DNA of 64,000 nucleotides from the human T2T-CHM13v2.0 reference genome, Homo sapiens. The notes beneath the pieces are model-generated. The model was not told the origin of the DNA, searched no databases, and was given only the letters and a program-made list of their open reading frames with translations. Numbering within the stretch: the first letter of the stretch is position 1; every line of letters starts with the position of its first letter. The DNA lies in assembly GCA_009914755.4 (NCBI GenBank), contig CP068257.2:15200001-15264000 (forward strand), in the 5' to 3' direction. Made by a program: the position numbers and the translations under genes. Below, piece after piece: positions 11,536-23,890 of this stretch.

Positions 11536-13968
11536 TTTTTTTTTTTTATACCAAATACTTGGTCAATAGGTTAACTCAATAGAAAATATATTTTAAAATG
11601 TTTTATATTCTTGTAACATGATATCACAAGTATCAAGTTTGGGAGAGGCTATAGTCAAAAACAGATCTCCAGTAAACATATGATGATTGAACACTAGTTA
11701 ATGTTGATATTAGCCACCTGAGCTCTTTGCAATATTCTTACAGTGAGTAAAATGATCTCTTCAGTAAAGTTATGTAAATGTCTTTTCAGTAAGGAAATAG
11801 AAAAGTTAGAATATTTTTTTAAATCCTTCAGGAAAGTACCAATAAGAAACAACTGAGAGGCAAAAAGTGACAGAGTATGGGAACAGAAACTTGATAAAGA
11901 AAACATGTTATAATAGAATTTTCTAAATTGTATAAGGAAGCATGGAATAATAGAGAGCCTTATCAGTGAGTAATATTCAATAAATCATTAAGCCATTCTG
12001 AGACTTACCTCATCTGTAGAGGAAAATATAGATATCTATTGGTTGACTATATGACAGTTCTATGAGGTTCAAAGGAAAAATGTGTGAAAATATTTGATAA
12101 ATTATCATACTCATTTTAATCACATGATCTCTGCACTTTCACTCTCTTCGTCTGTTAAATACAAAGTAGGCATTGAAATTCTCTGGTCTTCTCCCTGTCT
12201 TATCTTCCTCAAACTCGATTTGACAAAACCTTAAATCTGTAAAGAAGCCAGTGCTCCCTACTCACCTATTCTGTGGAAGAATTTTTCTGCTACTTACATG
12301 AAGCATTTAGTTTCAGATGTTCTAAAGGTCTTCAGGGAGCTTGTAGAGCGCAACCTTTTTGCAATGCTAAGTCTGGGACTATTCACAAATGTCAATTTGA
12401 GTTTCGGAGGCATTTTAGACAGATTAGCTATAAGCACAGTTTGACATTATTTGATACAATGGAATCAATTACAATTAGCTCTTACAAGACTGACTCTACT
12501 CAGTGCTACATGCTACCACTGAGGAACATTGAGGAGCACAAAATATTTATATCAGGTGACATAACATGGAATAAGCATAAGTAAAGGAAGTGGAGTAAAA
12601 AGCTAATCATTGCTGAAACTATTCTTTATGACGGTCCCTAAGAGAAGTTCTTAAGCTAGGTATTTTTGCAACTACTTTATAATGTAGGCATTCTAATATC
12701 CATATCACTGTACATGAAACCAATACTAGAAAAGATAAAATAATTCATACAAAGTTTGTAAAAGTAGTTAATAGAAAACCAAAGACTTGAACCCGTGTAT
12801 GTGTATCTTAATTATATTTATCTATATTTTAAAATGTAGATATGAATAGTTAAATTTTATAAATTGAATATTTCCCATTAAAAATAATTAGAAAGTTAGA
12901 GATAAAACAGATTTCAGACATGATAAAATTTATTCAAAAAAATAGTATCTTTGAAAATCACATTTAAAAGAGTTCTAATAACCATTTAACAACATTCAGT
13001 TGAATCGAATGTTAAGAAGAAAATACTTACTATTAAATATGAGAAACTGTGGTGTTTATCGGTAAGATCCACGAAGGAAGAAGTTGTAAAGAAAAATACT
13101 TTAACCGTGGAAAAAAAAAAACTTTAATGTCTATTATCGAATAGGGGCCGTAATTACTTTTGCAAAATAAAAAAACAAACAAGACTAGCTGTAGTGTAAA
13201 TGTAATCTGTATGCTTTTTAATGAAACAATTAAGTAGGTTGCCCATTTACAATTAGCCTGATTTTCTCCTGTGTGGTATTATGTGTACTTAACAACAGGA
13301 CCCAGTGGAAATTCACTCATTTAACAAAGTCTGCCTACATGGTTTCAAATATGGGCCTAACTTGAAAATTCAGTCATAATTAAATCTAAGGACTAAAACA
13401 AATCTGTATAAAAAGATTCTGCTAAATAAGGGAAAATTCAAGTCTAGGGCTACATTCTGAAAGATACTGAAGTAGAACCTCTGCAGCAAGACTAGGCTTG
13501 GAAAGTGCGGGGAGGAGGGAAAAGAAACAGATTAAACTTGATATGCAGTAAACATAAAGGAGCAATTTTGTTCAAAACACATAAATTTAGCAAGATCACC
13601 AGACTGCAAATAATTGTAATGGTTACAAACAAAAATATGTTTTTCATAGTTTTAGTGCAGAAAAATTAAATCCGTCTTTTTAGCTTGGATCATGAAATCC
13701 TAGCAACTTCATAAATGGTAGAATGATTTTAAAGGAAAGCTGTGTAGCTATGTATCACACACAGAACTAAATATGGATAAGCATCCCTTTTGTGTAGTTT
13801 TTGTTCATCCTGTGTAATTGTTTATTGTTTCTCTATCCCTCTCACATCCCTGGCTTTTGTTGTCCTTTTTATTCTTAATGAAATTTTAAGTACAAGTTCA
13901 CAATAGAGGGCTATTTTGAAAATAATTGTTCTGTTAGCAAATGATCTCTTGTAAAAATATTTATTTTT

Positions 13969-14251
13969 GGCCGGGCGCGGTGGCTCACGCCCGTAATCCC
14001 AGCACTTTGGGAGGCTGAGGCGGGTGGATCATGAGGTTGGGAGATCGAGACCATCCTGATTAACACGGTGAAACCCCGTCTCTACTGAAAATACAAAAAA
14101 TTAGCCGGGCGTCGTGGCGGGCACCTGTAACCCCAGCTACTTGGGAGGCTGAGGCAGGAGAATGGCGTGAACCCTCAGAGGCGGAGCTTGCAGTGAGCCG
14201 AGATCGCACCACTGCACTCCAGCCTGGGGGACAGAGCACAAGACTCCCACT

Positions 14252-14284
<33 letters not shown>
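13969..14284 (+). mobile_element. Full-length Alu (AluY/S-like) with ~45-nt poly(A) tail
   Basis: ggccgggcgcggtggctcacgcccgtaatcccagcactttgggaggctgaggcgggtggatcatgaggt...gagatcgagaccatcctg... then the right arm and A-run 14255-14284. A possible imperfect A/T-rich TSD (aaaatatttattttt versus aaaattatttttt). The track ORF 14060..14254(-) is an Alu antisense translation. Confidence 0.97.
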
Positions 14285-14286
<2 letters not shown>

Positions 14287-14609
14287 ATTTTTTAACCTTA
14301 TGGTTGTGTAAAAAATGACTTTTTTTCAAACAACAAATCCTGATACCACTAGAGCATAAAAAGCAAACTTTTCAAATATAGAAGTATTCTCATTATTTGT
14401 TTTTCAATATAAAGAGGATAAGAAAATGTATAAAGTGATCTACTCCCATATGGCCTATAATGAAAACTTAGAATAAATAAAAATTAAATTGGGTAATAAA
14501 GGGCAGAAATGCACCATAAGTCAAGAAAAGGAAAAAATGTAAATAGGCTTTGTGAAATAAACCATATACAAATATCACTGAAAATTAATGATCCTTAGAA
14601 AGACTTAAG

Positions 14610-14893
14610 GGCTAGGTGCTGTGGCTCATGCCTGTAATCCCAGCACTTTGGGAGGCTGAGGCAGGCTGAATGTTTGAGCCTAGGAGTTTGAGACCAGCCT
14701 GGACAATATGGCGAACCCCGTCTCTACTAAAAATACAAAAAACTAGCTGGGAGTGGTGGCACACACCTGTAATCCTAGCTACTTGGGAAGTTGAGGTGAG
14801 AGGATAGCCTGAACCCGGGAAGTTGAGGTTGCAGTGAACCGGGATCATGCCACTGCACTCCCATCTAGGTGACAAGAGTGAGACCTTGGTCTT
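14610..14893 (+). mobile_element. Alu (older, AluJ/S-like), no poly(A) tail, abutting the L1 to its right
   Basis: gggctaggtgctgtggctcatgcctgtaatcccagcactttgggaggctgaggcagg...gcactcccatctaggtgacaagagtgagacc. The 3' end joins directly to antisense L1 sequence. Confidence 0.95.
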
Positions 14894-15750
14894 GTACCAT
14901 ATTTTTGCAATTGCAAATTGTGCTGCTATAAACATGTACGTCCAAGTATCTTTTTTGTTTAATGACGTATTTTCCTTTGGGTAGATACCTAGTAGTGGGA
15001 TTGCTGGAGCAAATGGTGGATCTACTTTTAGTTCTTTAAGGAATCTCCATTCTGTTTTCCATAGTGGTTGTATTATACTAGTTTACATTCCCACCAACAG
15101 TGTAAAAGTGTTCCCTTTTCACCATATCCATGCTAACATCTACTTTTTTTTTTTTAATTTTTCAGTTATGGCCATTCTTGTAGGAGTACGGTGTCGCATT
15201 GTGGTTTTGATTTGCATTTTCTTGATCATTAGTGATGTTGAGCACTTTTTCATATGTTTGTTGGCCATTTTTATATCTTCTTTTGAGAATTATCTATTCA
15301 TGTTCTTAGCCCACTTTTTGATGGGACTGTTTTTTCTTGCTAATTTGTTTGAGTTCTTTGTAGATTCTGGATATATTAGTCCTTGGTCAGATGTATAGAT
15401 TGTGAAGATTTTCTCCCACTCTGTGGGTTGTCTGTTAAATCTGCGGATTATTTCTTTTGCTGTGAAGAAACTTTTTAGTTTAATTAAGTCCCACCTATTT
15501 ATCTTTGTTTTTGTTGCGTTTGCTTTTGGGTTCTTGGTCATGAAGTCCTTGCCTAAGCCAATGTCTGGAAGGGTTTTTTCCAATGTTATCTTCTAGAATT
15601 TTTAAAAAGATGACTAGACTGATGTCTCATACAACTAATTTTATTTTGATATTTTCTCATCAGCCAAGTTCAAAGTTCCATAGCTTTTTACATTTTCTAC
15701 CCATTAATGAAGTTGCCATTTAGTTTCCTGGATTACCTGCTTTCCTTTTC
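14894..15750 (-). mobile_element. LINE-1 ORF2 C-terminal fragment
   Basis: Track ORF 15290..15583(-), ...[59 protein letters not shown]...KKWAKNMNR, matches the L1 ORF2 C-terminal domain ([38 protein letters not shown]). ORF 14612..14935(-) begins MFIAAQFAIAKIWYKT, which is L1 ORF2 (MFIAALFTIAKTW). The track ORFs 15108..15398(+) and 15402..15596(+) are antisense artefacts. Confidence 0.9.
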
Positions 15751-18700
15751 TTTTTTTTTTTTTTTTTTTTAATGTCCACCCTTCTTCAAAACGTGGTTCA
15801 AAAGTTAACACCTCACAGAAAAATTTTCTTCTTATTGTCTTCTGACATTTATCACTCTTTTACTGCATCTCAGTCTGCAACTTACTCTGTTCGTGGATGT
15901 TGGTCAATAAGTTTCTATAAGTGTGTGTGTGTCTGTATAAGTATACATATGAATATGCATGTGAGTGTTTTTACGAGCTTTTCAGGGGACTATTTCTACC
16001 GTTTTACCCCTACCTCCTAGAATAGGGCTCTAACACAAAGGAAAAGCTAAATAAATGTTACTAAACCACTGACTGCAGTAACAGTGATTTTAGTTATTAG
16101 GATAAAAACATAATTAGCACTTGTAGATCACATTAGGGCTTAACAAAAGCTTTCAGATATATCAGCTAATATGTTCATTATTTTATAATATATAGTTTAG
16201 TTTATCTGCTGACAATTAAAGTGTATAATAACAATGATTTGTATTTAGCTTTGAAGTGTGGGGATTTCTTTTGTATTTATGTATGAAGATATCCTGGGAA
16301 TTAATAACATTGCAAACTAATAATGGATTCTTTAACTAACCAGCTGAGCAATCCCATTATGCTTCTCTGCTTCAGACAGTTCTACTATGTACACCATCTA
16401 CCTCCATTCTGTTTTCTTATTTGAGTCAGATTTCTTTCCATCCTTGAGTAACAATAAAGATTTCAGTTTTAAAAAACTTGAACGAAAGCTATGCTGTAAA
16501 TATCCACACTCCCTTCTCTTCTACTCCTCCTAGGCTTTAGGCAGTAGGCAGAAGCATCAATGGAGAAGATAAGAAAATCAACACATTTACCCAAGTCTCA
16601 ATGGTGGCTATTGAAAGGCAATACTAATGTAGGCTTACCTGATAACAAAAGCTGGCATTTGATGAAGAAAAGATTAACAGATTGGGGTGCAGTTGGAGAA
16701 AATACTTTCTAAACTCAGCCTAAAGGCATTTCATGATTACTAATACATGTCATAGTATCCAGATCTTAAAGTAGTGTAACAATACCATTTTTAATGGTCC
16801 TTTGTTAAATGGGATAGAAAATTGTTTTTTAACAAATCTCTTTGTTTAACCCTAATTAAGAATAACAATAAATGTTTAAACCTTTCTCAAAAAGTATTGC
16901 TTAGAGAGAAAAAAGGAGCAGTGTTTATGTGTAGTTTAACAAATCACCTTAATAAATGTTATGTTGATGTACACAGACCCAGAGGCCAATCAGTAATGTT
17001 AGTTTAAAGTTGAATTCTTTATCATAAGAAAGTGAAAGAAATGTTGAGTCATGTCTCATCTCTTAACCCCACTCACTCTCAGAGAGTAGAGACAGTGGTT
17101 TTGAAAGAGGAAGACAGAACAGTGAATTTGGGTTCTCAGACGAAGAAAAGCTAACATATTTTAAAGAATGATAATATTTCACATTCACATTTTTCTTGAA
17201 GTTTTATTTTATTCTTGAATAGTTAATACATTCAAATGTTTTAAAATTCAGAATAATCTTACTATTTTATTTTCCAGTTTTTACACAAATGATAGAATAC
17301 TATCTATATTTACACTGAACTATATTATTATTTAATAGCAAATCTGGGAGTTCTTCATATATCAGTATATAAAAATTTACCTTATTCTTTTATATGACTG
17401 AATATGTATACTCTATTGTCTGTGAAGGGGCTTTACATTATTTTCAGTTTTCTGACCCTTGCAAAACAGTTACTCACTGAATAGCTGGATATACTTATTA
17501 TCTTGCCTATTAACACACTTAGGCATAACATAAAGTCTTAGAAGTGGAATTGTTGGGTCAAAAGCTATGCACCTTTTTAATTTTGGTAGATATTGACAAA
17601 TTCCTCTTTTAAAGAATTATGCCAATTTAAACCTTCACAAATAATATGTGAACTGCTTGGAGTTTTGTTGTTGTTGTTATTACATCTTCGCCGACACAAT
17701 GAATAATTAAGACGAGATCTTTGACAAACTTCTAGATGCAAGCAGTAAAATAGTATAATTTGTATTTATTAAATGACAAATGGTATTGAGAATGTTTTCA
17801 TATTTACCAAGTTTCAAAGTTTGTAGAGTTGATTTCCTGCTTGCTCAGACCTGTAAAATGGAAAAGTTCTTCCTTAACACCTTATTGCCTTTCTGGACTT
17901 TAACTACTTGCTAACCTCCATCCTACTTTCATATAACTTCACTCTTAGCACAACCCTCTTCCACCACACCAATCACTTCTGTCCTGAGGAATTCCAGAGA
18001 GAGGGAAAACCGTTGACACAGAAGTTTCTAGACACAAAGTGCCTACTGAGTAGGGTGAGGAGGGGAACTTATAAAGACTAAAATATGGAACTCTGTGCAG
18101 CTACTCTGGACATATTGATGTTGGTATACACATATAATATGGCCTTCTGAAATATAATCTGTGTTTTATTGTGTTAAAGGTTTGGCATTCCTATATTCAG
18201 AGATGTCTTTTCCTGGTTTGTTGACTTTAAGTATTTTTTGGTTGTTGCTGTTTTTACCATGTAGAATTTCCTCATGTTTCTGATGTGGAAAGTATAAGAA
18301 TATCAGCCAGAGAATCTTCTGTTATATAATAATCACTCTGATGATTTGTAGCAGAGTTTACTAAAGAACAAATGTTCACAGTATCAGGTTATGAGTAATA
18401 AAAGGCCTAGGTTTAGAATGGGCCTGCTTTCATTGTATTGCCGTAAATTATACTGTTTATGTGTAATATATCTGGTCAAGGTTATATTTATTTCTGAGCA
18501 ATCTCTAATAGATATTCCAAATTACTGAAGAGTTGGCTCATTCTCCATTAATAAGATGTTATTGAGCAACCTGTCTTTAGAGAAACTTATTTATTTGCTT
18601 GATGTATGGATGATGCAACCAGTTCAAGTGGCAGAAAGAGTATATTAATACAAAATCATTACAACATATCACCTACTGATTTGTTAAGAGGTCCAAGTTT

Positions 18701-21700
18701 TCTTAAACTAAAAGGAAGTAATTCCTTGTGGTTTATCTTGCTTTTAGAGTCTGTTGTTGTCTGAGTTTAAGTCATCTATCACCATGTCCGTTTTAAAAGC
18801 AGAGGCTTTTAAAAGGTCTGATGATAAATGTCTAATATTGATATTTAGAATATAAAGCTAAGAATATAATATCCTTTGCCTAGCTCATTTTTTAATAATT
18901 GCACAATGCATGCATCCAAGTAAAACCTAATTATAGCTTCTACCCTCATTTTCCAAGGTTTTTCTAGCATGAAATATAACCTGACTATTTATCCAAGCTA
19001 AGTGATCCAACACATTATTAGACCAGAGTCCTCTTCAGGTGCAGGGCGCCTTGTTTTCACACCGGTCTCAAATGTCTAATGCTGTGTTAACAAAGACTGA
19101 ACATTTGAAGATTGAAATAATTATGGTGTCTCAGATTGAGAAATACGAAATATAAACAAACTCTCTGACTATGCATTATACTGATAATACAACAACTCTA
19201 CAGAGATTTTCACTAAATACTCATTACATTTTACATATTATTATTCATTCCAGAATATTTCTACCTTGTAATAAAAAGCATTTAAATAATATTCTGTGTG
19301 AACAAGACTGATTTATCAGTAATTTCCTAGTTACAGTGGTAAAATTTTAAAAGGGGGCTTTAAAAAAAACCAGGGGTGCTTTAGATGGTGATCCTTTAAA
19401 TAAAGACTATAATTCACAGACAATGACAAAGACACAAGTTAGCTTTAAATCCTCCATGCTTTTTAAGACCAAGTAGTGAAGAAATTTATTACAGCTCAAG
19501 AAAAGAGTTAAGGGCAACAATAATATCTTGCTACTCCAGGTAAGAAAATACAAATTTTAATGACAGAGAAGACTGGTGACCATTGTCACCAAATGTGTAC
19601 TTTCCAGAAAGCACAATTATTTCATGTATAGATCTTGGAGACACAGAACTTCATTATAACCTAAGAGGATCCCTCCTAAGAACAGGTATATAAGAACAGG
19701 TATATAGAAATAAGTACCTAAATTACACCCAATATTGAACTACGATTTTTGTCTTTATTTATGTATAAAATAAGTAAAATGATACTTTTTAGTACCAACA
19801 CTAATATGGATAATTTGATTTAACTTATGAGAAAATACCTCACTGGCTGTTCAACTTTAAAATTCAGAAGAAAAACAAAACTCACTGGCCAGATAAGACA
19901 CTTAATAATATTTGGGGACTAATTATGGCATAGAAATTGTCAGTGGAGTTAAGAGTGAAAAATAGAAAACTTATATGCAGTTTAAACATTATTCCTTGAG
20001 TTGACTTATCCTTTAGCTTGTCTTTTGTTATAGTTTGCTGCAAATTTCGGATCTATATCTTAAATTCCTAGTTTTTTAAATAATGAAATAAGCTTATCAA
20101 GATCTCTTAAAATTCACACTAGTATATAGTGTGTAAATTTGAATTTAGTTGTCTTTTTTAACCCAAGGATGACCATGTTATGTGCAGAGGGTCATGTGAT
20201 TGTCCCAAACTAACTATCAAGTTATTCTGGAGTGTCCCATAAATATTTTTTAATAAATACATTTTTCATGCTTTCATGCTTAATTGTACGCACTAAATAA
20301 CTCATAGTAGTTTTCCTAAACTGACCTGGAAACATATAGCATCTTGATCCATGCTTTCCTTATTAAACATTTATTTATACTAGGGACATGTCAAGGACAC
20401 AAAATTCCTTTCTCACAGAAACAAAAACCACATCCAGATGGCCAAAGTCTCTTCCAGGTGAATAGGGTTAGCAGAAACACAGATGAACCATAAGAACAAA
20501 ATAGTGTCAATAATTTGTCAAAAGAAATCCTCTATAAAATAATTAAAAGAGGCCTGGGAAATCAGCAGAACCTACCTGATGTGTCTTTCCCTTGTTCCTG
20601 ATGTTTGGCCAGCTTTTTGGCTGTTGGAAGTACCAGGTCTCTTGTTTCCAAAGAGCTGCCTGTGTTGGCCTGTCTTTCAGACTATCATGTTACAAAATCT
20701 GAAGTTCTGTTGCAATAAACACCAGATTTCAAAGGAAAAGCAATGGAAATTGTGCAGATTAAACTTCATTTTTATAGCAACAGTCAGTAGTACATAACTA
20801 TGTGTCTAAACAATGCTTCCTCTTCCAATATAATATTAGATTGAGAAAGACACTGATTTTGAGGGTGCATTCAGAAAAATATATATATGTTTAGGTTTGG
20901 GGGGAAAAAGGTTGTCTTTCTTAGAAACACAATAAATTTATCCTTTGAATCCCTCCTGAATCAACCATATGCAAACAGATAACTTTAGAACTGTGTTATT
21001 CTAGAGTAAGCCTCAGCCAAGTGTAGTTGAAAAGTGGTTGGGCATAATGAGGGCAACCCTGACACAAACATAGACAATATGCTTCCCGAGAAAAAGAATT
21101 TTAAAAAAGAAAAAACAAAAAAAAAAACAAAGTCAAATGAGAGCACAATATTTCAGGAGTAACTCTTTTCTCTTGATGCTCATTTAATTTGAAATTAGTT
21201 ACAGGGACCTCAAATAACAGTACCTCAAGAATTACTTTTTTTGATCTTTCAAGGACATTGCCATTAGCACTATAGTGTCTGTAACCTTCAAGGTTCAGGG
21301 GATAATGTTTAAAGAAGACTATGAAGTTAAAATATCAAAAAGTCAAGAATATGCTCATAAGCTACTGAGAAAACCCATAAGAACATGGCCAGGGTACCAA
21401 GGAAACTGTATCTTCTTTTTGGGGGGTAGAAGGTATCCTTTACATTTTAACTCACTATTTTTTGTCTTAGCCTCTTTTCATTCCTTCTTGGCTTTATAGG
21501 GCCAGTGCTCTCACGATGTAATTGCTATAGAAGTGAAATCTCTCAGATACCTATCATAACAGAATGGTAGAGTTATAATTTCAGTGCACATATTTTACAG
21601 ATGAGAAAGCTGAAGCTCGATAAAGTTGTGATTTGTCCCAAAGTGATAGCTAGCTGTGTCAAAATGGAGGGAAAAGTCCAGTTCTCCTCATTATCAGGAA

Positions 21701-22545
21701 AGAGCATCTTTTCTAGTGTACTGTGATTAAACTTTCCTGGGTAAATATCTCTTAAATAGTCTAACATTAGATACATTGGAATGGAAGACATGGCAAAATT
21801 AAAACTAAGGTTATAACAAATGATACAGATAAATTGGAGACTTGGCTGAGTCAATGCCGAATAGTATATATGGTGGTTGATGGGGTGTTGACATTCTTTC
21901 TAACAGCAAATGTTTATCTGGTGTTGCTGGCTGAAACTGCATTTAGCATGGCTGAATTTACTTGGAATATGATTCCTGTAGAAATGATCTTAAGCCTTCG
22001 CACAACAGTTGCGCTAGAGAAAATTCATTCACAAACACTGGTCAATATAGATATCATGTGGGTAAGATGTATTTTCCTTCAGAATTCACTCTCTCGATTT
22101 TTCTTTTTGCACTACTGGCCATGACTAATTTTTCATAACCTTTGGGACTGATGATGTTACTTTGATATTTTGTCTATTTTTCTACTCCTCATGAGACTAG
22201 CAAAACTATTTGATATATTTATTCCTGCTAGAATGTCATCCCAGGGATCCCCTATTGAACTTCTGTGCCTTCCCCTTTCCCCAGTATAAGGCCAACCACA
22301 TGGAAGTGGGTTGTGTTGGAGAGTTGGGGTGTTTGAGTGTGCATGGAGATCAACCACAAGGATACCTGCAGGATAATGCAAAAGTAGACCAAAACATCAG
22401 CCAACTGTTACAATAGGATGGCAATCACTATGGCTAGTTTAAAAAAATAGAAAAAAAAATGGTTTTGGTTCTTTTCCTCTAGACCAAAAATAAAATGTTA
22501 GGATAATTGGACAGTTAAAAGCTATAAAATGTTAAGACTCATTCA

Positions 22546-22936
<391 letters not shown>

Positions 22937-23589
22937 TCATAGACATATAAGCCTTTAATCTTGTGTTTACCATTAGAGTGAATAAAGAAACCATGGTTTA
23001 TTTTTGCATAATTTATAAATACCAATTTTGTGACATTTATTAATTTAGTTATTAATTTAAAATAAGAACATATTTTTATATTGCCAAACTGTTAATAAAA
23101 TGAGTCCCTGTTATAAAAAGATCACAAAACATGAGTTGATATTCCAGTTAAGAGAAAATTCAATTAAATGATCAAAATATTTCTCTGGCAAAGGTAGTGT
23201 CCACCCTGAGGTGAGTCCCTCTTAATGGAACCATGGTAAATGACTTCCTTTTCAACTCAAACGTAGTCCCTCTTACCTATCAAATGGATAATGTCATATT
23301 TTATAGTCATGAATTTGTGTTTGCATTGTCATTTAGAAAGGATTATCAAATCATACATAGCTCCAAATTAAAATTGGCCACAACCCAGGGACACTGCAAG
23401 ACAGAGGCAAACATGTTAGCTCACCACAATGTAATATAACTCCTATAGTTCTGAAATATTCAAGGGATTGTGTACTTCCCCAATAAATAGAATAATAAAT
23501 CAGTAAGTAGAATAACACTTTGAGATCAGTGCCAAAATAATATGTATTAGTTTAACTTAAGAAAAGTTCAAATTCAGAAAGACAAATTT

Positions 23590-23890
23590 GTATGTCCTCA
23601 CTTCTATGTGGAAGCTAAAAATACGGAACTCGCAGAAGCAGAAAGTAGAATGATGGTTACCAGAGGCTGAGGGTGGGGAAAGGGAAGACGATGATCAAAG
23701 AATATAATGTTTCAACTAGATGGGAGGAATCAATGATAGTGTTTGAGGTGATGGATATTAATTAGCTTGAGCCAATCATTCCACATTGTATACATATATC
23801 ACAGCATCATTTTTTACCTTATGTTTTTACCTTACAGTTATAACTTGCCAATATCCAATTAAAAAGTTTAAAAAATATATATCAAGAGGC
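23590..23890 (+). mobile_element. Old L1 (L1M-type) 3'-end fragment
   Basis: cttctatgtggaagctaaaaa...gaaagtagaatgatggttaccagaggctgagggtggggaaagggaag...tttgaggtgatggatat...ccacattgtatacatatatcacagcatcat matches the 3'-terminal consensus of old L1M families. It is the same architecture as the ends of the L1s at 32240-32620 and 62700-62990. Confidence 0.8.

Noticed and set aside
14060-14935. Track ORFs 14060..14254(-) and 14612..14935(-) with similar peptides (..SASQVAG(I/V)TG..HH..L(I/V)FCIFSRDGV..)
   Set aside because: These are antisense translations of Alu right and left arms (the classic Alu pseudo-ORF). The same peptide recurs at 22543..22779(-), 33972..34163(-), 56630..56827(-), 44347..44571(+) and 61845..62078(+), all inside Alu elements.
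15751-15771. T21 tract at the right edge of the antisense L1 fragment, considered as that element's poly(A) with TSD
   Set aside because: For a minus-strand L1 the poly(T) would have to lie at the left (3') end, not the right (5') end. So it does not belong to this L1. It was left unassigned as a simple T-run.
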